The notes under the pieces are model-generated. The model searched no databases. It was not told where the DNA came from and saw only the letters and a program-made list of their open reading frames with translations. Shown one piece after another: positions 17,013 through 28,500 of a DNA stretch of 35,964 bases. The position numbers were made by a program, and so were the translations under genes. Position 1 is the first letter of the stretch. Each line of letters starts with the position of its first letter. Source of the stretch: a virus (lineage: Duplodnaviria > Caudoviricetes); the IMG/VR virus record IMGVR_UViG_3300048858_000029, positions 1-35,964 of that record. One strand, given 5' to 3'.

Positions 17013-17556
17013 GGTTTACCTCCACGGCTACTTCTCCGCTTTTCACGATGGGCCGATCGTTGTCGCCGGCAGTACGGTTGCTGAGATCGTCGAAGCTGTC
17101 ACTCGCCAGCTCAAGGGCTTTCAACCTGATCCCGTCAGGGGGCGTCACCGTATCAAAGTGGTCGACTATGATACGGAAGAGGCTCTTTATGTCGCCCTTG
17201 GTCCTGACGTTGAAGAGATCCACATCGTCCCACAAATGAGCGGCGGCAAGAACGGTGGGTTGATGCAGATCCTCCTTGGCGCCGTGCTTATTGGCGTCGG
17301 CCTGCTGCTCGGCGCTGGAACGCTGGTCGGATCACTCATGATGAAGGTTGGTGCCCTTGCCCTGCTTGGCGGTCTGACGGCACTCCTTGCCCCAAAACCC
17401 GAAACCGACAGGGAGGAGAGGAAGCAAAGCTCCTATCTCGGCGCTCCAAAGAACACAGTGGCCATCGGCACCCGTATCCCAATCCTCTATGGCCGACACC
17501 GCGTGTTTGGTCATTACCTGTCCTTCGACATCAATGCAATTGAGTATAAGCCTTAA
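16996..17556 (+). CDS. Tail assembly protein I (ubiquitin-like fold plus Gly-rich hydrophobic segment)
   Basis: KVYLHG, EIHIVPQMSGGK and GTRIPILYG motifs typical of lambda gpI. The start could be TTG 17002 or 17005. Confidence 0.88.
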   Translation: MFLLRKVYLHGYFSAFHDGPIVVAGSTVAEIVEAVTRQLKGFQPDPVRGRHRIKVVDYDTEEALYVALGPDVEEIHIVPQMSGGKNGGLMQILLGAVLIGVGLLLGAGTLVGSLMMKVGALALLGGLTALLAPKPETDREERKQSSYLGAPKNTVAIGTRIPILYGRHRVFGHYLSFDINAIEYKP

Positions 17557-17559
17557 AGC

Positions 17560-18366
17560 ATGTACCAGAAGGTCACACCACCTATCGCAGCATCCTTGGC
17601 CACGTTGTATCAAGATGGCCTGAGTGCAACCAAGATCAGTCGGATCGTTGGACTGAGCGTACCAACGGTCACAAAAGCGTTGCGGGCCCAAGGACACTCA
17701 ACGGCAACCAAAGCAGATAAGGGCCGCAACAGGCTCTATAGTCTTGCGCATAACTCTTTTGCAGTGCTCGACGAGGCGAGTGAGTACTGGATCGGTTTTC
17801 TGATGGCTGACGGCTGCGTCTACCGTAATAGAACGGGGCGCTATATGAGCTGTACGTTGAAATCGGATGATGCTTCCCATGTCGTGAAACTCTCGACTTT
17901 TCTCCGCAGTAGCTATCCAATTGTAACTCGCACGCAGAAAACGACCGGTGGTACTGCCTCCAGCGTAACCGGGATCGCAGTTCGATCCGAGCAGCTATGT
18001 CAGGATCTCGAGCGTTGGGGTGTCACAGAGAGGAAGTCGCTCAGCGCCCAGGCCGCGGCCGGTCTGACCCCAAGTAGGCACTTCTGGCGAGGTATGATCG
18101 ATGGTGACGGTTGGATCGGAATGAGCGAAGCCCGTCCACGCGTGCTGCTGACCGGATCACAGATCATTTGCGAACAATTTGCTACCTATGTGAATGAGCT
18201 GCTCGGTAGCTCCTATAGCGCGAAACCCTGCACTGGCAACCAAGCTTGGCGTACGAGTATCACCAGCTCGCGCAGGACCAAGCAGCTTCTCGACCATCTT
18301 TATTCAAACTGCAACGTGGCGCTCGATCGTAAGAAAGAGCGGGCGCTTTCCATCACAGGAACCTGA
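17560..18366 (+). CDS. Free-standing LAGLIDADG homing endonuclease with N-terminal HTH
   Basis: Two motifs, YWIGFLMADGCV and FWRGMIDGDGWI; N-terminal GLSATKISRIVGLSVPTVTKAL HTH. Confidence 0.88.
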   Translation: MYQKVTPPIAASLATLYQDGLSATKISRIVGLSVPTVTKALRAQGHSTATKADKGRNRLYSLAHNSFAVLDEASEYWIGFLMADGCVYRNRTGRYMSCTLKSDDASHVVKLSTFLRSSYPIVTRTQKTTGGTASSVTGIAVRSEQLCQDLERWGVTERKSLSAQAAAGLTPSRHFWRGMIDGDGWIGMSEARPRVLLTGSQIICEQFATYVNELLGSSYSAKPCTGNQAWRTSITSSRRTKQLLDHLYSNCNVALDRKKERALSITGT

Positions 18367-18371
18367 CAGCA

Positions 18372-19418
18372 ATGAACCGCCCAACTGAAGATCTCATCAA
18401 AACTGCAATCAGCGAGATGGGAGGCTTCAGGCCGGCCGCTCGCTACCTGCGTGAGCAGGGCTACGATATTAGCGAGAGTGGCATCCGTAACATGAAGAAG
18501 CGCTGGAGTGACAGCGACTTCGAAATTGACCTTCCAGATGGACAGCTTCAGTCGGAAATTGACGTCAAAGAACTGATCGCTCGCCGCATTTCGCAGTTCA
18601 ATCGCAAGAAGGAGATCTTCGAGCGAGAGAAGGTCGTACCAGTACGCTGCAAACTGGACGGCCCAATCGGGCTAGGGTTCATGGGTGATCCTCACGTCGA
18701 TGATGATGGGACTGATCTGCAGGAGTTGTTCAACCACGTCGATCTCTTCGACGGCCGCAACGAAGGTCTATTTTGTTCTAACTTGGGAGATGTCAGTAAT
18801 CGTTGGGTCGGCGGATTAGCTCGTCTGTATGCGGAGCAGGGCACCAGCTTGGCTGAAGCGAATGCAATCGTCGAGGAGTTTCTTCAGCGCGTAAACTGGC
18901 TTTTCTACGTCGCCGGAAACCATGATGCTTGGAATAACGGCAACGACATTCTCCGTGGCCTGCTCGCGGAACACGCGGCTGTTTTCAAGCCGAACAAGGT
19001 GCAGATGAAGCTTACATTCCCGAATGGAAAAGATCTCAAGATCTATGCTGTCCACGGCTTCCAAGGGAAGTCCATGTGGTCAGAGGTTTATGGTGCCGCG
19101 AAGAAAGCCCAGCTCGACGGTTCCTCTGATATCTACGTCGGTGGTCACACACACGTTTCAGGCTACGCCCATGGTATGCGCCCTGGCACTGGTAGGATCT
19201 GGCACGCCCTTCAGGTTGCCAGCTACAAGAAATTAGACCGTTACGCGGAGGAGCTGAACCTCGATGCTAAAGATATGTACAATTGCCCTGTCGCGCTGAT
19301 CGACCCGTATGCGACAAGCGAACTCAATTACATCCGATTTGAGTTTGATCCACAGGAAGCGGCCGAACGTCTCAAGTGGATGCGGGCTCGCTGGCGCCAA
19401 AGTCTCACCGCCCACTGA
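18372..19418 (+). CDS. Calcineurin-like metallophosphoesterase with N-terminal HTH-like segment
   Basis: All five metal-binding motifs present: GDPH, LGDVSN, GNHD, VHG, GHTH. Confidence 0.85.
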   Translation: MNRPTEDLIKTAISEMGGFRPAARYLREQGYDISESGIRNMKKRWSDSDFEIDLPDGQLQSEIDVKELIARRISQFNRKKEIFEREKVVPVRCKLDGPIGLGFMGDPHVDDDGTDLQELFNHVDLFDGRNEGLFCSNLGDVSNRWVGGLARLYAEQGTSLAEANAIVEEFLQRVNWLFYVAGNHDAWNNGNDILRGLLAEHAAVFKPNKVQMKLTFPNGKDLKIYAVHGFQGKSMWSEVYGAAKKAQLDGSSDIYVGGHTHVSGYAHGMRPGTGRIWHALQVASYKKLDRYAEELNLDAKDMYNCPVALIDPYATSELNYIRFEFDPQEAAERLKWMRARWRQSLTAH

Positions 19419-19442
19419 GCGAAAGGACTAAATTCCGGAGGA

Positions 19443-19471
19443 CTGGAAAACATTCCTAGCTCTCCCCATAT
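19443..19471 (+). promoter_or_regulatory. Putative RpoH-type promoter CTGGAA-N16-CCCATAT upstream of the tail fibre gene
   Basis: Recurring motif, followed by hairpin CACTCGA-N7-TCGAGTG (19473-19493). Confidence 0.5.
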
Positions 19472-19501
19472 ACACTCGAAGCGAAATCGAGTGATCTCTC
19501 C

Positions 19502-22500
19502 ATGACAATTCAGGATATCTCCCTTTGGAAACTCTCTGGTTCGAAGGGGGCCAAGAAGCCCACCAACACCGCCGACTCTCTCTTTGCTACGGATATTGTT
19601 GAGGCGCTTCTTGGGATCTCTGAAGGCCCGATCATGGGGCTCGAGGATGGAGGTAAGTCTTACCTTATCGGTGAGACCAACCTTCAAGATCAGTCTGGGC
19701 AGAACAACTTCGATAACTTCGAATTGATCGATTACAAAGGCAGCGAGGAAGGCGAAGAGATCTACTCCCGCCTCGGCGGCTTTGGTGCTTCCACCAGTGT
19801 TGGCACAGAGCTGGCCACCGATGTCGAAGTGATCCGCAACGGTCAGCACACCGACATCGATTACCTCGACGTCCGGATGGTGATCAACCAGCTTGTTCAC
19901 CAGAATGATAAGGGCACGTTCAACCACACTGGGAAGTTTAAGGTCGAGTACAAGCGGGTCAGCGAAAGCAACTGGCACGCGGTTCGGACGACGACGTCCC
20001 TTCCTCCGAAGGTTTCGGAGGCAAGCTTTGACACCTATTACGGTGACGCGGGCGAGAGCGATAAAATTAGCGCTTCCCCTGGTGATCGACCATCATACTG
20101 GTCGGAGAGCGAACCGGTCACGACGGCAACCTCTGGGATCTGGTTCGATAAGACGAGAAACAACCGGCCGCAGATTTTGAAAGAAGGCCAGTGGGTAGAC
20201 CCCACTGGCCTTTCTCTTTCCAATGGAGTCTGGTCATGGGCTGAAGCTTCTTCGTGGGGCAAGGACAAGCGGACGAAGGCGTTCGCAGCTGCATCGAGCG
20301 AGGGTCTGAAGTACGAGCAGGGCGATTACTTCCTCAACACTGGAACGCAGCAAGCCCTCTTCTACAACGGCTCGACATTCATCACCGCAGGCTCGTCTCT
20401 TCGCCCAGGTGGCTTTGGCGAAAATGGAACTGGTGGTTCCATCGAAGTCAAGAATGGTGAGATAGCGATCACCGCCAAGACGACTTCACCGTTCCCAAAG
20501 GAGTTCCGTATCCCGGTTCCGAGGGTCGACGAGCCGTACATGTTGCGGATGACGAAGACGTCGCCGGTTGACACGACGGAGAACTTCTTCTCGATCACCT
20601 GGGAGAGCTTTCAGGAAGTCACCGCCCAGGCTTACAAATTTCCAGCGCTAGCAACCACCCAGCTCATCGCTCGGGCTAGCGAGCAGTTCTCTTCTGTTCC
20701 TGACTTCTCGGGCATCTATCTCGGCCGAATCGTTCGTATCCCGTCGAACTATAATCCTGTCACCCGAGTCTACACCGGTGTCTGGGATCTGACCTGGAAG
20801 CTCGGCTACACGAACAATCCGGCCTTCGTTACCTACGACCTGGTGATGAATGATCGCTACGGGATGAACGCCTACTATCCCATCGTCCTCAACAAGATGG
20901 ACATCTATGAAGCCGGTGTCTGGTGCGACGTTCGTACAGTATCCGGCAAACCCCGCTTCACCTTCAACGGCCTGATCTCTGACCCTCGTGGTGGGCGTGA
21001 CGCGATCAACTACCTCTGCGGGATCTTCGCCGGCCGCTTCTTCGACGACGGCAATGGCTCGGGCGTGATCCGCATCGATCGCGACGGCTCGCCCGCAATG
21101 ACCTTCATGCCCGAGAACGTCGTCGATGGCGTGTTCACTTACTCGTTCACCGAGATCTCGACCCGCCACAACGACATCACCGTCTCCTTCACCAATGAAA
21201 ATCTTGGGTGGCAGACAGATCGGCGTCGGGTCCATGATCAGGATCATATCGACCAGTATGGCCGCATCCCGCACAACTTCGACGCTGTAGGCTGCACGGA
21301 CGAAGAAGAGGCGATCCGCCGCGCCCGTTATCATATGATCACGGGCATCACCGAGACGATGATGGTCAACTTCAAGACCAATCGTCAGGGGCTGTACCTG
21401 TCGCCCTATGACATGATCCTTGTTGCAGACGAGGACATGGAGTTCGGCCTCTCCGGTCGCGTCAAGAACGTTTCCGGACCCCGCACCGTTCAGCTGCGTG
21501 ATCCTCTGTTTCTTGAAAATGGCTTCGCTTATCAGATCAGCTTCACGTTGATCAGCGATGCCACCGACGACTTCATTATCGAGCGCCGCGACCTCACTCC
21601 TACTTATGGTGCCCTCACGCAGCTGACGGTGACAGAGGATCTTCCGGAGCTTCCGGAGAATGCCGTCTTCACGATCGAGCAGATCAATGGGGATGCAGCT
21701 CCAGTCGCCTTCCGCGTTCTGAGCCTCAATGAAATCGATGGTGATCCGGACAACGTCGACATCCAAGCGATCGTTATGAACCGCGCCAAGTGGTTGTACG
21801 TCGACGGCCTGGTAGACACCATTGCCGAAACCTTGCCGAGCTCGATCGGGCAGGGACGCCGGCCAGACCCCGTTGGCGAGATCCGCGTGGCAGCACAGGA
21901 GATCCAGCTCAACGGTCGCAAGGTCTATGATCTCCAGTTGGAATGGGACGCTAGCCCAACCAAGACGGTCACCTACTATCGGGTGAGAGCATCACGCAAC
22001 AATGATGCGATGAACACCATGGGCGAACCTGGTGTCACCCAGTTCTCGTGGACCGACGTTCCAGCCGGCGAATACCTTTTCGAGATCACGGCCATGGATG
22101 CTTTCGGAAACGAGAGCATGCCCCGCCAGATCGAACACCGCTTCATTGGTGACTATCGTGCCGTAGAGGCCGTCCTCGGTCTGCGGATGATGGACGAGCC
22201 ATATGAAACTGTCTTTGAAAGCCAGTCACCGCGGTTTGAATGGGTAAAGAATGCTGCCCCTGACCACGCCGGCTACGTGCTGCAGATCCGCAAGCTCGAC
22301 GGTGCGGTGGTTCGTGAGGAGCCGCTCGCGGGCGAGTTCTATCAATATGAGTATGCGAAGAACGTAGCAGACAATGGCGTGGCTCTCCGTAGCTTTACGG
22401 TCGCGATCGCGTCGAAGGACCAGTACGGCTTCTTGTCGCCGTTCCAGACCTTGACTGTGTCCAACACCGCGCCTGCAGCGCCGAAGTGGGTGTACGCTCA

Positions 22501-25500
22501 GAACAGTGGCGTCTCGAGCATCATCGTCGACACGAATGCTCCGACCGAACGGGATTTCCAGAACGTTATTGTTCACGCCTCAACGCAGCAGGGCTTCGTC
22601 CCAAGCGAAAGCACGATCGTCTACGAGGGGCCGAACAACAATATCACGATCGTTATCCCTGGGGCAAAGTACTACCTCCGCGTCGGCTTCAGCGACACGT
22701 TCTCCCACGCAGACCTCAACTGGTACGAGGAGGTTGCGGTAGAGGTGAAGTCGATCGCGGGCGACACCATCGCACCCGAAAAGCCAACGGGCCTGGCCGC
22801 GACGTCTATCATTCTCCCCACTGGTGAAGCCGAAACAACGTGGACTTGGAACCAGGTTCCGGACCTCGACCTCCAGGGATATGTCTTCGAGATCAAGGAA
22901 GGTGCTGGAAACTGGCTTGACGCCTTTGCGCCGAGCAATCAATTCGTTACGAAGTCTCTTCCAGGTGTCCAATTCACCGTCCGCGTCCTTGCCTACGACA
23001 CCTCTGGTAATAAGTCGGCCTTCTCAGATGAGTTTACGTACCAGGTTGCTCGGGACACGGTACCGCCTGCTGTTCCTACGGGTCTTGAAGCGACAGGTAC
23101 GTTCAAGGGCGTATGGTTGGAGTGGGACGCTAATACTGAGATTGATTTCGATCACTACGAGCTTTACGAAGCTGACGCGCCGACACCTGCCCCTGTTCAG
23201 GCGACAGTTCCTACCTTCACAGGTCTGACAGGGACCACGACGTATCGCAGCAACCTGCCTGCAAGTACCTCAAAGAGCTATTTCCTGCGAGCCGTTGACA
23301 CGTCTGGCAACAAGTCTGCTTGGTCGGCGGTATCCACCACCTCAACTCTGTCTCTCGAAGGCACACAGCCTGCGCCTGCCGTTCCAGTAGCGCCTACGCT
23401 TTCCAGCGCTCTTTTCGCACAGAACGATGGTGGCTTCATCGCTAAGGTCACCGTATCGTGGGCGGCGGTAGCAAACGCATCCAGCTATCAGGTCGGCGTC
23501 ACCCGATCAGGAGCATCCGAAACAGTCCTCACAGCAGGAAACAACTCCTTAGAGTTCGACGGGCTTCCCGGCGTCACCTATACCGTCCGTGTCCTCTCCG
23601 TTGGCAACGTAGGGCAGAAGAGTGCATTCGGCACTGCCGCCACCATCACGCCTGCCGGAGACACTGTTGCGCCTGCCGCACCGGTAATCAGCACGGCTCA
23701 AGGCGGTTTCAACATCGCTTGGTTGGAATGGTCCCTGAATACTGAGAACGACTTCGACTATTATGAGGTCTATCAGTCAACCTCCAACGTCGCCCCAGCG
23801 GCAGATGCTACGGCCACCTATAAGGTTGGCAGCACCGCTTTCTCGATAACCGACATCGCAGGACCGGCTACTGTCTATTTCTGGGTAAGGGCAGTTGATA
23901 CCTCCAAGAACAAGTCAGCTTGGTCGGCAGCGGCCACCGTCAACGTGCTCTCGCTCTCTGGCACCCAGCCAGCGCCAGCCGTACCGACTGCGCTCGCTGC
24001 TACGAGTTCTGTGGTAGCTGTTGGCACTGACTTTGTCGCCAAGGTCAAGGTGACATGGACTGTGTCGGCCAATTCCGTCTCTTACGAAGTTGGCATCACT
24101 CGTGCAGGCGCAGCCGAGACACTTCTGCCAGCCTCGACCAACTCTATCGAGTTCGACGGCGTTCCCGGGGTCGCCTACACCATCAACGTCAAGGGCGTGA
24201 ACAACGTCGGCACCAAGGGCGCCGCGACTGCCAACATCACGCATACGGCAGCGGTTGATACAGCCGCCCCAGCCGTACCTACGGGCCTGATTATCGATCC
24301 CGGCTTCGAAGTCCTTTGGTTGCAATGGACACGAAACACTGAGAGCGATTTCAGCCACTATGAAATCTACGAGAGCACCACTACGACCGCACCAGCGGTT
24401 GGCGCTGCACCCTCCTACGTTTCAGCGACCAACCAACTAATTCGTCAGGGTCTGGCTGCTGGCACAGCCCTGAATTACTGGCTACGGTCGGTTGACTTCT
24501 CTGGCAACAAATCTGCATGGTCGGCCCGTGTTGGTGCGACTGCCGGTGGCTTGCAGTCTACCGACATTTCAGGTCTGGTAGACGCGACCAGTGTTGCAGC
24601 GGGCCTGAGCATCCCCGGTGTCGGAGCGGCGCTCCCGGCTACACCGTTCACGGACAAGACCCCGAAAACATACTATCTGACAACCACCGGCATCATCTAC
24701 AAGCAAAAGACGGATGGGACGGGCTGGATTGCGCAGAGCGATGCTTCGCTGATCGTCGGTAAGATCGTTGCTGGTCAGATCGAGGTTGGCGCGGTCGGGG
24801 CCGATCAGCTTGCTGCTAACGCCGTCAGGGCCAAGCACATCCTGATTGGTGACCCCACCAATGTGATTGACCGTGGGTGGTCGAAGAGCGATCAGACCGG
24901 CTGGCAGTTCTTCAACAAGGTGGGCTTCTACGAAGAAACTGCCACTGCTTTCAAAGGCCAGTTTATTCTGGCTGCGAACGGTCGTGAACACGCTATATCT
25001 GACACTTTCGAAGTTACAGGTGGAGAAGGCTGGTACGTAGAGGCGTACTACAACAACACTGCTACGGAAGGTGCAGTAGTATTCCTGCACACTTGGGCGC
25101 CAGGGGGCACAGATACCTTTCAGGCTGCTCCTATTGGCACGGTTAAGAACGCTTGGGCCAAGGCAGGCGGTATCCTCACCGTCCCGGCAGGTCATACGAA
25201 GGCCAACGTTTACCTTATCTGTGATCGAGCAGGCGGAACGACTGGACCGAACACCTACTGGACTAAACCTCTTGCTCGACGGGCCACAGGCACTATCCTG
25301 CTTGAGAACGGCGCGGTCACTGCCGACAAGGTAACCACTGGCGAACTGATCACGCTGTCAGCACAGATCAAAAGCGCCACCATCAACAACGCGCACATTA
25401 TCTCGCTTGATGCAGGCAAGATTTCTGCTGTGGGAGTTCTTGCAGGCAACATCCTTGTTCAAGGCAGCACAGGGCAGACCCTTGCGGATATCCAGAACTG

Positions 25501-28500
25501 GTCTACTGATCCTGCAACTCGTATCAATCAGGTTGTCGCAACCAAAATCGATCCTGGTAAGATCGTCATCTCCGGGGCTACGACACTCGCGGATTGGCGG
25601 CATGGCTCCAACACGACGACGATTGACGGTGGTAAGATTTTCGCAGGTTCAGTCACCACTGAAGCCCTGACCGTCGTCAACAATGACAACCTGATCGAAG
25701 ACAGCATGTTCAGGGCTGGCTTTGATATGTGGAGTGTGTCTAATAACTTCCCTGCTAGTGCGGGTTACACTTACTATATTGCCGAAGCCGGTAGTGGGTG
25801 GGCTGCACCTTCTGCCCGTACTGCCGTTATGCGCCAGACTTCAGGGCCTGTCGGGGGGCAGTATTACTCCGACATGGTGATGTATAGGAACGATCCTAAT
25901 ATCCCTGCTGCCCAGAGATACAATGTTCCTTGCGCTCCAGGCGAATGGTTTGAAGCCTCCGTAGCTCTTTCCGTTCATAGGTGCCTCGGAGAACTTCGCA
26001 TCGAGTTCAGGAACGCGGCAGGTGTTCCTATAGCCTACGCAGGCCCGGTGCAGGTGAGTTCAGGCGGTCAGGATAGCACCAACGCAGAGAATTGGCCTCG
26101 CGTGTGGTGCAAGGGTCTGGCACCAGCAGGCGCTGCTTCCGTCGGCATTCATATTCGTAAGACTGACACGGCTGCGAATACGACTGATAGCTACGTGTTC
26201 GTCTATAAGCCTATGCTTAGCCGCACTACGGCGAGCTCGGCGGCTGCGGCTACTTGGGCAGACGGTACGGTTACCCGCATCACTGGCGGCATGATCAATG
26301 CGAACGCGATCAATGCCAATCATGTGACTACGGGAGAATTTATCACCCTCTCGGCACAGATCAGAAATGCCATCATCAATGATGCGCACGTATCCACTCT
26401 GTCCGCAGGCAAGCTGACCGCTGGTTCGGCTCTTGCGGGTTCCATCACGGTCTCCGGTTCAGCACTCAGCACTGTGGTCTCTAATGCGGCGACCGGGGCG
26501 CAAGACCCTGCTACCCGTATCAATGCGGCTGCGACCAAGATCGATCCGGGTAAGATTGTTATCTCTGGCGCGGCTACTCTGGCCGATTGGAGAGGCACGT
26601 CTGACACTACCCTTATCAACGGTGGTAAAATCCAGACGGACAGCATCGAAGTCCGGTCTTTGAAGGTAGGCAATTTTGCCAACATAATTGATGACGGCTG
26701 GACGGCAGGTAGCCTTGGGTCATGGCAAGCGGATCAACTGTCTAACTTCTATATCGAGGGCGGCAATGCGGGGAGCGGTGGAGGTTATAACCTTCAGACA
26801 ACCGGCAGCAACGTAGTCAGTCGAATGATCCCCTGCTCACCAGGGCAGGTGTTTGGCGGTAGCGTGTGGTGCTACAACACAAGCGCCGGCCGGGTTGTGT
26901 ACTACATCCAATGGTTCGATCCGAGCAAAGCCTATCTCGGCTCTGCTTTTATCAACTTCAGTGATGTGAAAAACCAATGGGTGAAGCTGGAGACCGGAAA
27001 CCAAGTCACGGCCCCGGCTGGCGCATCGTACCTACGGGCGCACTTGCATAGGGAGGGTAACCCCGACGGCAACTTCCTGTACTGGAACAAGCCAACTCTC
27101 TATATGGCTTACGGTGGGCAACTGATTGTCAGCGGCTCTATCGAAGCTCGCCACTTGATCACGAACTCTGCTGTCATCACTGGCACAGCGCAGATCGCAG
27201 ACGCCATCGTTTCCAGCGCCAAAATTGTCTCGCTCAACGCCAATAAGATTGAAGCATGGTCTGTGCTCTCCAACACCATCTACGTGGCGGGCGGGTCCGG
27301 CCAGACGATGGGCGATATCCAGAATTGGGCAACCGACCCTGGTACTCGCATCAATCAGGCGAATACCCGTATCGATCCCGGCAGGATCATCGTCTCAGGG
27401 GCGACCAGTCTTTCTGATTGGCGGGGGACGACAGACACTACCAAGATCAACGGTGGTTCTATCGAGACCAACTCGATCCGCACCCGCTCGCTGGTGATAC
27501 AGGCTACTGACGCCAACCTCATTACGAACGGAGACTTCGAAGACGGTCTGAACGGTTGGACTATTGCTGATAATGCCGGTTCAGGTAACGGCATGTACCT
27601 GGAAGGCTGGGGGTCTTCTGGCACGAACAGTTTGACCCTCATGCGTGGGACTAACACCTCCAGTAACGGAATCAGTGTCCTAAACAACTACATGTTCCCG
27701 GTAGAGAGCAACGCGATCTACGAGTTCACCATGATGGCGCGGGCATACTCTACTGCCGGCCTCTATATGCGTGTTCATTGGCATAACGCTGCCAAAGCTG
27801 CGATCAACCCGAACTATACAGACGTGATTGGGAACGGGTCTGTTCCTAGCGATGCGTTCACTCGTGTTGGTGGGCAGGTGACAGCACCGGGGGATGCGAA
27901 GTTCGCCCGCATCCAGATTTTCCACTGGACTGCTGCAACCAATAATTATCTCGTTTTTGACGAGGTGATTTTCCGTAAGGTCTTGCAGGGTACGTCCATT
28001 CAGGACGGCGCAATCACTACCTACAAGATTTCAGCCGGTGCTATTTGGGGTGACCGGATTGCCGGTGGCGCGATCACCGGTACACATGTAGCAGCCGGCA
28101 CTCTCACCGCTGATAAGGCAGCGTTCGGCACCAGTGCCAACCTGATCCCCAATTCCGATTTCGGTTCTGGTATGACTGGTTGGGCTGCTTGGTTCAGCGG
28201 CGGGTCTTGGGCGGGGCCAAGCCTTCGTACAGATCAGTTTGGTATCGCCACTGGATCACTGGAAGTGGTTCAGACGGGTGCTCAAACAAATGGTCAGTTT
28301 GCCGATGTCTTCCCTCGCAATGACAGCACTGGTGTGGCCAACAGGTTTAACGTCACCGGTGGTGGGCGTTATGAACTTTCAGTCTACGTCTATGGGCACC
28401 GAAGCGATTATTGCCGCGCACACATAGAATGGAGAAACGCCAACGGCGACATCATCGACTACTCTTATTGGGACGGTATAAGTCACCAGAATGGTGGTCC

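Noticed and set aside
17557-19501. Group I intron or intein hosting the LAGLIDADG gene
   Set aside because: The flanking genes are intact, the gaps are only 3-5 nt, and no intein splice residues or intron core are visible.
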